DNA of 64,000 bases from the NCBI GenBank assembly GCA_008632985.1, contig QPGO01000010.1:124001-188000 (forward strand), read 5' to 3'. Origin of the DNA: Psammoneis japonica (taxonomy: Eukaryota). The notes under the pieces were generated by a model, which did not search any database, was not told the DNA's origin, and saw only the letters and a list, made by a program, of their open reading frames with translations. The translations under genes and the position numbers were made by a program. This document shows positions 1-12,897 of this stretch, in pieces (position 1 is the first letter of the stretch; each line of letters begins with the position of its first letter).

Positions 1-394
1 ACACGCTCCAACTGCCTGGACCAGTGCCAGCAGCTGTGCAGGTTTCCACTGCCACCAGTGCCAGCAGCAAAAATGCTCTGACCATCACAGGTGCCAGCAG
101 CAGATGAAAAAGCTCCAAATGCCTTGATTGCTGGCAGTGCACACGGCCCAATGCCTTGGCCAGTGCCAGCAGCTGCACAGGTTCTCACCACCACCAGCAG
201 CTCAAAACAACAGATGAGCAGTTGCAATTTCTGACACACTGACAAAAATGGGAAAACAGTGTGCCTTGCTTGTCAATCAAGCACTCTCCAAGGCCAGCTG
301 TCAACCAAAATGGGGGAATCTGCATGCCTTGGCTGTTGGGAACAGCGTGGGCACATCTGCGCCATTTCGTGAGAGCTGTGGGGACATCATTGCC

Positions 395-678
395 TTCAGT
401 CTTTCTGGATCTGGACATGAAACTGGAGAAGACAGATGCACCATCAGCAAGGGCATCAAAAACCAATGAACCTCTTTTTGCACATGCCTTGTTTGAAGTG
501 TGTCATTTGTGGCAAGCATCATTTCAAGTGTGAGCTGTGGGAACAAGCACTGCCTGCAGTCTTTCTGGTGGGATCTGGGCACAAAAATTGGAGAAGACAG
601 GTGAATTGTCAGCGCACATTAAAAACCAATGAACCTCTTTTTGTGCATGCCTTGTTTGAAGAGTGTCACTTGTGGCAA
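395..678 (+). repeat. Degenerate tandem direct repeat, period about 160 bp
   Basis: cagtctttctgg...ggagaagacag...aaaaaccaatgaacctctttttg..catgccttgtttgaag.gtgtca.ttgtggcaa occurs at about 395-515 and 553-678. Confidence 0.8.
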
Positions 679-1299
679 CTCACAATGATTCTGGGTGCAA
701 AACTCTGACACACGCAAATGTGCCAACACTGCAAAAAAGTTTTTGTGATGTGCGTGCACACAACAACATGCTGGCTTGGCATTCTGGATGATGATTCTTT
801 GATGTGGCAGATTTGTGACAGCACACTCATTGTCATGAAACTCAAGCAATGCCCCAATCAAAACCCATCTTGACCAACCAGAAGGACAGCAGGGGGGTCT
901 TGCCACATGTTGAGCTGCTGTCATGGCCAATGAGGCAAAGTCTTTCACCACCATGGCAGGTTGTTAATTTGCAGATTTGCAACCACACATGGAATCCATG
1001 TGAATCACAGCAGCGCATGCTTTGGCTTTTCAACATTTTGGGAGAGGGTGTGCTGTTGTGAAGTGTGCAGAAAATTGTGCATGTAAAAAATGCACTGAAA
1101 ATGCAGCAGACCGACAGGCCATGCAAATCTGGGAAGCATGAAGAAAAATTTAAAATGGAGGGTGGGTCACGTGCGTGCAAAAAGTGGGCTGCACACGTGC
1201 AAACACACGATGTGAGTTGAGGAGGACCAAAGTGGAAACCAAGTTGAATTTGATGACTGTCAAAAGGAAACCAAACCATGCATCACAAAACACAGATGT

Positions 1300-4200
1300 C
1301 CTCTGTTCTAATTGATGAAATCAAACATTGCACGTGCATTTGATTGAAGCTTGTGCAAGAAAAGCCAGTGAGACATCAGATGAAACACAAAAAAATCTGC
1401 AATTTGTTGAGCACTGTTGCCGGCAGTTTTCAAATTTTGCTTGTCAACAATTTTGCCAATGCACATTAAAAAAATTTACAAAGGAAAGTGGAAACCACTT
1501 TGTTGCAGCCTCTGATGTCAACACACCCATGAATGAGGGCAAAGCAGCAGAGTGCAGCATCACAGCAGACAGCTCACTGTGGTTGATGGCAGCAGCATGA
1601 GCCTGGTTCATGGCAGAAGGCAGATGTTGGAAAAAGGTCTTGCCCAACTCAGAGAGAGGAAGAAAGTGAGGGCAACAGTGCAAGGGGTAAAAAGTGAGCA
1701 CCAGTGTGTGGAGAAATTGCTCAGGAAGTGAAGCTTTTGCCAATGTCATGTCAGCTCCACAAATGGAACCTTCGCTGAATCCCATGCGTGCTTGTCTGTG
1801 GAATGAAAACAGGAGCAGCACCAAAGTTCAAACCCACATGATGGGTTCCCCATTGGTTTGCCCATTGGTGGGACTCAATGGCATCTTAGACTGCATTCCA
1901 AGGATGCACTCCTCATGAGAAAAGGCACCATTTGAGACAGGTGTGGCAAAATGGGCCAGAGTGGTCCCCACAACAAGCGGACCCAATTGGGGTTTAGAAC
2001 ATGCCCACGCAAGTCCTTCAACCCATGCACTCCTGCTTTTGTGTGGCAACTTTTGGTCCAGCCAAGGATGTCCTCTCCTTGCTGGCTTGAAGTCTTGGCC
2101 ATGACATTTGCTTCTCAGACATGAAGGAAAGGTGTGCTGTGACATTGACAAAAGAAGAGTCCTGTTGGACCTGCTGTGCTCTTCACAAATTTTCAGTTTT
2201 GTGCGTGCCTTCAGAAAATGATGCATGAGTGAACTGAATGAGGGAAGATGCCAAAAGCACTCATGAAAGAATGCAAGCTGAAAGGTGCCAAGAGTGCAAT
2301 CAACCATGACCCAAATCTTGTCAGCACTTTAAGTCTTGGTTGGTGCAGTCAGCCAATCAACTTTCTGCAGGGACCCATGCAAAGAGGTGATGACCAAGTC
2401 ATTGGCCTTTGCAGACATGTTGAAAACATCTCTCAATGTGTTGGGTTCGTTGGGTCTGTTGGTCATTTTGGGCCATTTGGGCAGCTGCCTGGTTGTGCTT
2501 GGGCAGCTTCCAAAGCCTGTTGCAATGGATCAGGACAATGACACAGCTGTGGTCAAACCGCAGGGATTGGACAGATGCAGCGTTGGCTTGCTCCATGTTG
2601 CGTGAGTCGTCAAACAAGGTTTGCTCAAGAAAATCAACCGGGGATTCAGAGGATGCAGCGTGGAGATTTTCTTCATCCACAAAGTGTGCTGATTTGCATG
2701 TGCCAGTGGTGCAGCAAGAGGATTGGTGTGGACCAGCAGGAACAGGGTTGTCCGGGGTTGGTGAACTCAAAATGGAAAAAAATCTTTGGTGTCTGGTGGA
2801 TCTGCATCAAGTTCATGAGGAGTGGCATGGAGTTGACATTGAGGAAGTCTTTGACAGTTCCTGTGTGCTCATCTGCAGGTGTCTTGTCACAGTTGGTGAG
2901 TCCGGGTGTGTCATTGGAGATGTTCCAGATGGGTGGGGCACCTGAGAATAGAGTGTGATTACACACAAGTGAAGATTCAAAGACATTGTGTGCAACAATC
3001 AGATTTTTTGTGCCAGTTTCATTGGGAACATGCACCAAACAGCCAGCTCAGTTGGGTTGACATGAACACCATGGGAGTTGTGTTGGAGCTGTTGTTTGGC
3101 AGTGGTGTTGGACAGCCAGTTTCTGGATTGAGGGGTTGTTGCCTGTTGAAAGCAGTGGGACAGCCAAATGTGCAGAAGTGGTCAATCCTTGCAAGCTTGT
3201 TGAAGGCATGCTGGAAGTGTGGTGCAGCAAGAGAGCCATCAGCCATGTGGATGCCCTTGGTCAGTGGCACATTCAGGATTGCCATGGCATGGATGAACAG
3301 AGGTGCATGAATTGTCTGTTGTTGTTTGCACACATGCATTTGCACACTCTGTGCATGTGCACATTTGTGCATGGATCACACGCAAGGAAGCACATGCCCA
3401 GATGGCAAGACAGTTTGTGCACCTCTGTGGACAAAGGCAGAAGTGGGCCAAGAGGCAGGCATTCACAAGCAGGCAGCAAATGTTGTCAGATGCAACATGC
3501 CACATTCATTCACAAACTCCATTCATTTCTTGGTGACAAAGAGAGGCGCGGGAATTTTGACCTTGTTTCCGTTGTGTGCACCAAAGGAAATGAACTTGTT
3601 AGAGAGGAAGCACTGTGCAGAATTGGCGCAGATGAAGTTGACATCTTTCACATGGCCAACAGCTTGCACTTTGGCTGTCCAGGACTTGAAAGCAACAATG
3701 ATTGCCAGTGGTGGGGCTCTCAAGGCCACGGGCACCACAGTGGTGTCCCTTGTGTGTGGCCATGAAAAGATGACATGGAAAAGACGTTCCAGGGGTGAGA
3801 GCAAGGGAGTCACCTGGGATTTGGATTTACACCCATGAACACACGTGAAAAAGCATGCTCCATTTCAGTTGGGTCACACTTGACACAATTTTGTTTCTGT
3901 GACATGGTGATGTGTGCACTGTGCAAGTGGTCGTCAGTCCCAGGGGCAACATGACAATCACGCCAAACTTTGCCAGCGGCTCCAGCCAAAAAAGAACTCC
4001 AAGAAGAGCGACAACCAAGTTGATGACCTGCAAGGTCAAAGTCAATGGTGGTGGTCTTTGGGTGGGATGAAGCTGGTCAGGTGGTTGAGTGTCATTCTCC
4101 ACTTGATCTGTTGCATTGGAAACTGGAAACAAGAGGTTGAGCCAGCGCATCATGGCAAGATTGCTGCTGGGAAGCTGAAGGTGTGACCATCACCGAAGTC

Positions 4201-6700
4201 AAGTTTGATGATGTTTGTTGTGACCATGACATGGAACAGTTCATTGTTGGTGAACACATGGACCAAGAACAAGTTGTGATTGAGGCCAGGGAGATGCAGT
4301 GCATTTGGTCAAGGACAAGGTTGATGGGTGGCCTTGGTCATCTTGAAATTGCAAGGTGTGGACATGGGTGCCATCTGCAATCACAATGGGGGCATGACAA
4401 CCAGCACTGTTGTCAAGAGAATCATGGTGGACAAAGTGAGAGGAGGTGCCAGAGTCAACAAACCAGCTGCAAATGTTGGAGAGGTCAGTGTCACATGGCA
4501 ACTGCTGGGGTTGGTGTGCAGATTGGGGTCATTGGCCATTCAGGCAACTTCTTGACCAGGGGAGTTGATGACTGGGTTGGAAAAGAGAACAGCAAGGGGA
4601 TGAAGTTCTCTTGAGGAAGTCAACACTGACCCCTGAGACAACTGACAAGTTGTCACAATCTGAAGTGGTTGGCAACAGTTCCTCCAAAGGTGTGGTTGTG
4701 CATGCATCATGCAAATCCAATGGTGGAGTTGGTGTCAACTTTTTGGGAAGAGCAAGGATTTTGCTTGGAGGACCACAAGAGGTGAGAGGGCACTGTGGCA
4801 AGTGTGGTCTTGTGGTGACAAAGAGAAGACAGAGCAGTGGATGAGTCCATGCTGGAGTCACAAGAACAGAGAATCAAAAGTGGCAGACCAGTCAAGGCCA
4901 AGTTGCAGGGCAAGTCATCGCTGAATGAGTCAGAACCAGAATCCATTCAGTGCACATGTGGACAGAGTGGTGGTGAGGATCCACAAGTTGAGACAGACAG
5001 GCAACAATCTTCCTCTGCATCAGTGCAGGTGGCACAAAAAATGATTTGGTCATCATGTGGTTGGGCCGTGTTGTGGCAAGTCCAAGTGGCTGCATTTTGT
5101 GCTGAGTGGCAGCAGGAGCAGTTTGTGTTGGAGTGGACTTGAGCCCAAGGCAACAAGAACAGAGGTGTCCTTTCTTCTTGCAATGGCAGCAAGTGACTTC
5201 ACTCAAGTCATGGGCAGGCTTGGCAGTGGATTGGATTTGGGGCTGGACTTGGGTGTTCCATTTTTCAATTCATGAAGATGGGAACAAAACAGTTGGTGGC
5301 ATTGTGGTTCCTCTTGCCACAGCAGCTGCAAATTTCAGAAGTGATGGTGTTGTGTGTTTGTTGTTGTTGCCATTGTTTGTTGCCTGGAGGGTTCCTTGCC
5401 ATTTCAATGTGGTTGTTGTTCATGCACAAGCCGGTGCCACCAGACAAATGGTTGCAGTGTTGGGCAACATGATGTTGCTCGTCAATGTTGTAGAATGTTT
5501 GCCACATGTCCTTGAAGAGGGGAGCAATGGCAGAAGGCAGGCAAGTGGCAGCTCAAAATTCAGATTTGAGTTGCTTGGCAGCAGCATCACATCACAGATG
5601 ACCACCCGTTTGGCTGAGAAAGTGGGTGCTTTCCTTGGCATTGGTTGTGAGAGGCAGGCCCACATTTTTTTGCAGTTCCAAAACTTGTGCTTGCATTGCT
5701 TGATGAAGTTGTCAGAAGATTTGTTGGAGTTGCGGAAGTCCTGGAGGTGGTCACAAGTGCAGCAGTTGTGTTCCTGGGAGAGAGAAGCACGGTGCTGCTG
5801 CAGCTCTTTGAGTGCAAGGTTGCCAGATTTTGGGCCAAGATTGGAGATGTCCAACTTGCAAGCACCATCCGTGCATGTCCACAGCAAAGCAAGAAGAGCC
5901 TTGTTAGTTTCTGCCAGAAGGGAGCAGAGAGGGTCAGAGGGGAAGCCTTCAAGACAGTTGTCGAGCTCAGGAAAAGAGGAAAAAGAGTTTGTGCAGCTCA
6001 TTCAGGAAGGTGTTGAAGCTCTGATGGCGGGTGCATGGGTTCTGATGGTGTTTCAGAACTCCAAGCTTTGGCCATGTGGAATGCAGGCTTCATGAGAGAA
6101 TTTGCCAAAGATTCTGAGGTGCACTCTGTTGCGCTGGCAGTGCAATGAAGAGGCTCAGAAAGGATGGCATCATTGTCAGAGGAAGAAGCATCACAAAAAG
6201 TTTTGTTGGCAGACAATTGAAGTGGGAGTTCCAGGGGGAGTGCCTCAGCCTGTTGCATCATGTTCTGGAAACAGTCAAGGGCAAGGAGTGCACTGGCTTG
6301 ACAAGCTAGATGGCAATGGAGAAGGGACTCAAAGGACAACTTGGCAGCATTGATCATGCAGTCAAGGTCATCCTTGCCTTTGAAAAATGGAGCAAGTGTC
6401 TGTTGAACATTGGAGAGCACATCGGTGGTGACAATGCAAACTTGTGAATTGAGTGCACTGTTGACTGTGATGTCAGCAATGGCAGGGGTTGACGTCTTCA
6501 GAGGAAGTGGCTGTGTGGTTGGTGGCAAAGATGTTTTCCTGGTCCATGCACTGTGGGGTTGCAAGAGCTTTGTCAAGAGCTCTGTCCATCTCATGGTGTG
6601 CAGAGTGCACGTGCCATGAGGTTCTCTGGACATGTTGCTGGAGTCCCATTGGCGGCATTGACATTAGAAAGAGCTGGTGTGGCAGCTTCACAAACAGTCA
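1300..6700 (-). mobile_element. Degenerate Ty1/Copia-type LTR retrotransposon (gag-PR-IN-RT order); ends approximate
   Basis: On the minus strand: two gag zinc knuckles (CSCCGKRNHNATNC near 5310; VTCCHCKKKGHLCSCC near 5180), aspartic protease WFVDSGTSSH near 4450, integrase-like segment ending in HFCTFGCP near 3170, and RT-like GVHGLKD (cf. LYGLK) near 2020. Many stops and frameshifts. No LTR pair recognised. Confidence 0.7.
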
Positions 6701-8217
6701 AGAGAGGTGGGAATTCTTCAGGAGATCCAAGTGGAGCTGTCCCATTGGCCTTGGATCCATGGGCAGCAGGAGGAGAATGAGCAGGAGAGGTCAGGGGAGA
6801 GCAAGGTGCCCCCCTTTTGGCTGAAGCACTCTCATTGTCAGAAGCAACAGTGTTGACAGCAACACAAATGGATTGAGATGTCAAATGATCACGGGCGGGG
6901 TGGGTGTCCAGATGAATTGCATGTCCTCTTGGGCTTGCTCTTGAAGCGACAATCAACATCTTGACACTGAAATGGTTTCCAACAAGACATGCCATGGCAA
7001 TGACAACAGGTTCATGGGGCTTTGCATTCCTGATTGGGCATCATCTTTTTGTGCTTCTTTGGGTTGAGATTGGGGCAACAATTGTCAGGTCATTCACCTG
7101 AAGTGTGAGCAGAGTTGGCATGGTTGGCTGGTGCAGAAGGTTTCTGGGTGCAATTGTGCAGAGTTTCCACATCTGTGTCAAGAAGAATGTCCAAAGATTT
7201 GTTGACATCCTGCAAGTGGTTGCAGATTGCACAATCACAATCAAGATGCTTGGGGTCAGAAAAGTCAAAATCTCTTTGGTCAGCTTCATCCAACAAGTGG
7301 CCAAGATGAGCACTTGAGTGCTGCAAGACATGAAGGTTGGAGTTGAGTTTGGATGTCTCCATCTGGAGACTGGCAACTTGGTGCTGAGCTTGAGCAACAC
7401 ACAGTTTGAGAGCAAAACGCACATTGTCCTTGAATTGTTGGCAACAGAGTTCCTCAGGAGACAGCAGAGCAGGGGCTGGGGCATGCTGAGTGGCCGCAAT
7501 TGAGCTGCGGATGGCACACAGGCTTGGCGTGCCAAAGACCATGGACAGAGGAGCAAATGTCATGCTCAAAATCAGTGTCATCCTTGAAGGCATCAAAAGC
7601 ACAACAACAAGCACATTGCAAGCAATGAGCAGAGACCTTGTTGTGTCCAGGAGCAGGCTGGGATGGCTTGGCAGATGGCTTGGAAAGCAGTGCAGACGTG
7701 TGCTTGATGCATCGGATCGGGGTGCAGTGTGGTGCTCCCTGGGTCACGCATCAGCTGCATCAACAAGAACTTGTGGAGTGCAACACAAGTTGTGATGCTG
7801 GGCCTTGGGGACATTGTCAACAGTGCCTCCATGTGGACCACAAAAGACGCAATTTGGGTGTGCATGTGACAACACACCTTGCACAAGAAGAAGCAGCGTG
7901 AGATGCATGATGAGCATTTGACGCAAAAGAAGCACTCTCCTCAGACCAAACCAGAAGCATTGCAGCCATGACAGAAATTGAGAAAGAACTGGGCCTCGCC
8001 TGAAAGTGACTTGGGGTGATCAAGTCCGTGCACGAACAGGAGAGAGTGAGCTAAAAAGAGTGACAGCTTGCACCACCAAAGCATGATCCAGACATTGTGA
8101 CAGACTCTGCGCTAGTCTCAGAATCGAAGCCAAGATGGAAATCGAAGGATGATTCCAACATGCCAACTAAACGCTGCGGAATTGCGGATGATTTCCATCA
8201 CAAACTGACCAGAAGAC

Positions 8218-9966
8218 ATGGTCTTCAGTCATGACGTTCAAATTTCAAAAGGGAATTTGGAATCCCTGACATCAAGAAGCAACAAAAAAGGCCACCCAAC
8301 CGACCACCAATCTGAGCCTGTGACCCAAACGCAACGCAAAGATGATGATTCTCTCTTCCACATCTGCGAAATCAGAAAGACGCACAGAAAAAATGAAGAT
8401 CAAAGAGTTGCTCAAAAAACCATGAGAGTCCGAAGACCAGCAGCACGTGACAGGATGAAAGAGGTGGTGAGATGTTGGTTTCTTGTCTCGCTGCCCCTCT
8501 TGGGTGTCATGTGCGCCGTCGCGTGGTTGAGCTTTCAGCAGAATGGACCGATCGGGCCTGCGTCAATGAGCTACACTGGAACTAATGAATGCGAAAACAC
8601 TTGCGACTGGAGTAAATCCAATGTCCCAGAACTTCACCGAAAGCTCTTGCCGGCCCAGCCATTCAGTGTGCCACCAACCATTTTGCCAGTGCTGTCCATG
8701 CTCCGTGGCATTAGTCCCAAAAACAGACACAACCATCGTGCGCTGATGGCCATGCTGCTCTTTTCTGTTGGCATCCCAATGCATTTCACCGCACACTTCC
8801 AGCTTCTCGAACCCCAAAATGTGTCGACATGGTGTGGAGCATGGGGCTCAATGATTTTTGTCACTCAAGTGAGCATGCATCATCTGATCTTTGTTCGCAG
8901 CCTTCCTCACTCGGAAAATTCCAATGAGTCGCTCCTCATCTTGCCATTTGGCCTTGGTTTTGCCATTCACTTGTTGGGACACTTGCATTTCGGCGGCGGG
9001 GCCTTTGTGTTTGTGTGGACCCAATCCGTGGCGTTGCACATTATCTTGATGTACCCTTGGCTTCGCCTGGTGGACCGTTGGCTTGAGAAGCCACACTCAA
9101 GAGGCACGCTAATTAATGCAGTTTTGGGGTTCGCTTGGGATGCATTTTACCTTCCATTTTGCAGCAGACGCGAGTCTTTCTTTCTGCCAGGAGGCTTCCA
9201 AGTGCCACTCCATGCAATTGGTGATTGCTTTCACTCCGCAGCTTGGATCATGAGCTGTGCTCCGCTTGTGAATGACATTCTTACAAAAATTTCACACAAA
9301 CATGAGCACTGCACAGAGCAGAAGAAGAAGCAATTGCAGCAGTTGTTGGACTCACAGTTTGGGGAAATTTTGAACAGAACTAGTGTAAATGCACCCTCCA
9401 GCCATTTGGATGGATTCTTTCAAACCATGTGGGTGTCGCCACCAGTGGTTGTTCCCCGTGTAAATCTGGGAACACCTCCCACAGTGCAGGGGTGGTTCTC
9501 TCAGGTGCATGTGACAGAAGCCATCAGCGAGATCTATCTTCATGAGATGCTCCGGCCATGTGATCAAGAAATTTCAGTGGAAATCTTTTTGGCCGACTGG
9601 TCCACCTCCAGATGCAGCACGCAACTTTCTGCCTTCGCCCCTCACAAAACTCTGGGACACTGCTCTTCCCCTGCTGGGACTTTGAAGAAACAGCAAGAAG
9701 TCTTGAAAGCCAAGAGTGACCGGAAAGCATTGGTCATGCACTCTGCCGGTGTTCCACTCGATCGCACTGAATCATGGAGACATTGCCATGCGTGCCATTT
9801 ACCTTCCATGACCTTCGTCCCAGCCAACTCTCACTTTGCCTCCAAAGTGTTGTTGCAGATCCAGCAACGCGCCATGCGAGTGATTTTCGCTAAATGTGGG
9901 TGCAATCGGAATGACAAGCGCCTCATTCTGTACGGCCCTCAATCTCTCAGTGGGGGCGGATTTTGA
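8218..9966 (+). pseudogene. Multi-pass membrane protein of unknown function, mutated copy; lost stop codons make it read through into TE sequence
   Basis: Several hydrophobic helices. Aligns with 15231-16352 with many Y->H/C changes. TAG TAG of copy 2 is CAG CAG here (9337-9342). Confidence 0.65.
9400..9575 (-). mobile_element. RT fragment resembling DIRS/Ngaro-type retrotransposons
   Basis: HLMKIDLADGFCH (K-x-D-L-x-D-G-F-Y motif), followed in another frame by FPDLHGEQPLVATP. Confidence 0.55.
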
Positions 9967-12400
9967 TCCTTGGACGTTGAACAGGGCATGATTGCGCAAC
10001 TGCAACAGTTCCTTCGGCACTCTTGTGGGTTCAACACATGCTGTCAGAAGATCAACCACATGCCGCAGCTCACATTGCCATTGCTTGGCATCAGCTGCAG
10101 CTGGGTGTGGGAATCAGCTTCCTAAAAGATGTCAGCACCAGACATCCACACAGTGAGTCCCACTGGCTTGCATCTGTCCACTTGTTCCTGCATCGTGTGG
10201 GTGGATGCATTGCTGTGTCCCAGGACGGGGTGTCACCTCTGCAATGTGACAATGATCAGCTCCCAATGGACATTGCCTTGGAGTTGTTGGAATTTTTGTC
10301 CCAAGAAATTTGGTGGATCAACCATTGTTGATTGCACCTTCAAGTGCTGCTCACGGTCTCAGACATTGCCTTGGCGGATGGCTGCAACCTGGATGAGTCC
10401 AAAGTCTGTGGTGACGACCCCACTTTCTCCTTGGCAGCATCAGCACCTTGTTTGACAATGTTGAACAGACCAAACCTTGTCTCAAGGCATGGGGTCCCTG
10501 AGTGTGCCTGTGTGAAATGTTGTGTGATGATGGATCCACCAGACTGCAAGCTCTTTTGGGAGATTGGCCAGTGCCTCCTTCCAACAAGATGCAGATTCAA
10601 GCCTCTGCCTGTTGGTCTCCAGAAGAATCACATTTTTGTGTGAGATCTCCATCTGGTTTTAATGTGTTTCTGGCCAAAGACACAGTCGCAACATCATCAC
10701 ATCAAATTGAAACAGTTCCTTCTCCAGCTGACTCATCTTTCCCAGCAGAAATCAACTCACTCAATGAAGGACGGTGGCAATGCATCCCTCACAGATCGCA
10801 GCTGACAGTTGACACACATCCTCTGCCACCCAAGCTCTTCAAAGACCGGCTGCAAGGCCTGCCTTCTTGGGAGTCAGCCCTCTTCTCAGAGATGGAATTC
10901 CACATGTCCCTCTGCAAATTAGCGGATTGCTTTGTTTCAAATTGCCTGATGTCAGGAAGTGACGGGTCTGTGATCCTCCAGAATGACGACCTTTGGCAGA
11001 CTGTGCAGGACTGGCATTTGGCAGAACACCTTCCTCTTGCCAAGCTGAAGCATGTGGCTTTCTCTCCTTGACACGATTTGTTTTCTGCCTGCAGGAGTTT
11101 TGCAAATTGTCCTCATGCAAGGGAGCTGACAACTGGTGCAACAACAAGGCTCTCATTCGAGTTCTGTCCCGTCTCACAGACAGCCGTCCCTCCATTGATC
11201 CCTCCCCTTGTGTCCATCCCGAACTTGATTTTCACCTTTGGAAGCATGTTGCCAATGTCTTGTCATCAGATTGGGGCATTGTGAACAAAATTTGTCAGAC
11301 CTTCACCACTGTCAAAGCCGTTCTTAATCAGTCTTCCCCCAGTCAGGTTCCCACACTTGCTTGAGTGGGTAAAAGGACATCAAGATTGACATCATCCGGT
11401 GGAAACTCCATCTCACAATGTGCAAATCAACATGCGGACTGACAAGCTGGCAGGCTGCTTTCATGGTCAACGTGAGTTTGACATGACAACGGTGTCCCCC
11501 CACTGCCAGTCTTGCCTCCACCTTCAAGATGGGCCCATTGGGGAAAGAAATGAATGGAACGAATCTGTCACTGACAAGATGGATTGGAAGGTGCATGCAA
11601 TGCTGGTTCATTGATGCTCCACATGTGTCCACTGTCAAATTGATCCATGAACTGCCACCTGCAGCCAAACAAGATTGCTCATCGATGCGATCCAGTCAGA
11701 CCGCATCATTGCCTGTCTTGCAAACATTCCATGGAAGATTGCAATCACATCCTGCAGTGTCCAGCCAATGAACCTTCTTGGCAATGCAAACTCTTGCAGG
11801 GTCTGCAAAAACACTGCAATGATGTTGATGCAATGCCTCCTCTTTGGGATCTGTTCTTGTCCTCTGTTGAAGCATGGTTTGAAGGTGAGATGACATGTGA
11901 TGATGACATTCACCCCTTGTTGCAACCTCCATGGAGAGCCCAGTCAGACATTGGATGGTGACAACTGTTCAATGGCCGTTGTTCCACCCTCTAGAACACT
12001 TTTCAAGAAATGCACCTCTGCAACATGGGACTGTTGGAAAAGTGTAGAAAGGAGAGCCGCCCACCTCCAGTCTGGGCTGTGCAGACAGGAACCTGCATTT
12101 GGAAATCTTGGTGGGAGTTGTGGGAGGAGCACAATCAAGAGGTCCACAGTCATGACGTGGACACTGGGAAGTCATCTCTGTGACAACAAGTGGAGGCCAA
12201 GCTCACGGCAATGTGCAACAAAAGACAGGATCATTTGGCTAAAGATGGGGACATGCTGATGGATTCAGTTGAAGAGCACCAATCTCACTCCACTTTGCAG
12301 ATGATTGGCTGGATCGCAATGGCAAAACCACAACTGAAAGACAGCCTCAAGAAAGCAAAGTGCTCCATGCGGCACTTGCTCTGCAGCCAGTTGTTTTGGC
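9600..12400 (+). mobile_element. 5'-truncated, degenerate non-LTR (LINE-like) retrotransposon with RT C-terminus, RNase H and CCHC finger
   Basis: HKTLG...G (RT thumb), LYGPQSLSGGGF..EQG, RNase H motifs SDGS, SSCQAEACG (cf. SSYRAE), CNN, EWVKGHQD (near 11364) and QINMRTDKLA, then CLSCKHSMEDCNHILQC zinc finger. Confidence 0.75.
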
Positions 12401-12539
12401 GGGTTGGTGTCACCTTCAGATGATGCCCATTCTGGCTGATTTGCACAAGCTTCTGCCGCACCGCAAGGTGCACTTGACGTGTGGGTCAGCTGGTGCCGGC
12501 CTGGCTGGCAAAGGAGTGATGGCGCTCAAAAGATTGACC

Positions 12540-12897
12540 TGGTTTTTTTAATCTTCATGAGACACACCTTGAAAGTTTGCCCAAGTGGCATTGATTTGAC
12601 TGAAGCAGTGGGCTGTGTGGCTGAATTTTCACCCCATAAAATGTTCAGTCCATCCACTGTGGGCCTTGGTTGGTGACCGTGCTGTGACACAACACCAATG
12701 GAGCCAAGTCACAGTCCTGGTGTGTCTTGTGCAAGCACTTTTTTTGCATGGTGGCACAGCTGTCCAGAACCCTTTTTCAACCACATCTGCCATGTCTTTG
12801 TGCAAGAACTTGATGCACTTGCAAGTGGATTCATGTGTTCCCCTGGTGACACTGGCATCCAGCTCAGCACGTGTCCACAGTGCATCAGTGATGGTGT
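12540..12897 (-). mobile_element. DIRS-like RT N-terminal fragment, cut at the duplication junction
   Basis: LWTRAELDASVTRGTHEST..KFLHKDMADVVEKGFW resembles the region upstream of DIRS-type RTs (W....RG.H.S / FL..EM......GFW). Confidence 0.5.

Larger units (their letters stand above)
5884..12897 (+). repeat. Tandem segmental duplication, copy 1 (unit about 7,014 bp)
   Basis: gcaaagcaagaagagccttgttag starts at 5884 and at 12898. ORF pairs are offset by 7013-7014 (5998/13012, 8218/15231, 11897/18911). Confidence 0.97.

Noticed and set aside
185..8023. Dozens of overlapping 60-330 aa ORFs in all six frames (also in blocks B, C and D)
   Set aside because: Tyr-free, His/Cys/Gln-rich and present on both strands. 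They are a by-product of TAA/TAG depletion, not genes.
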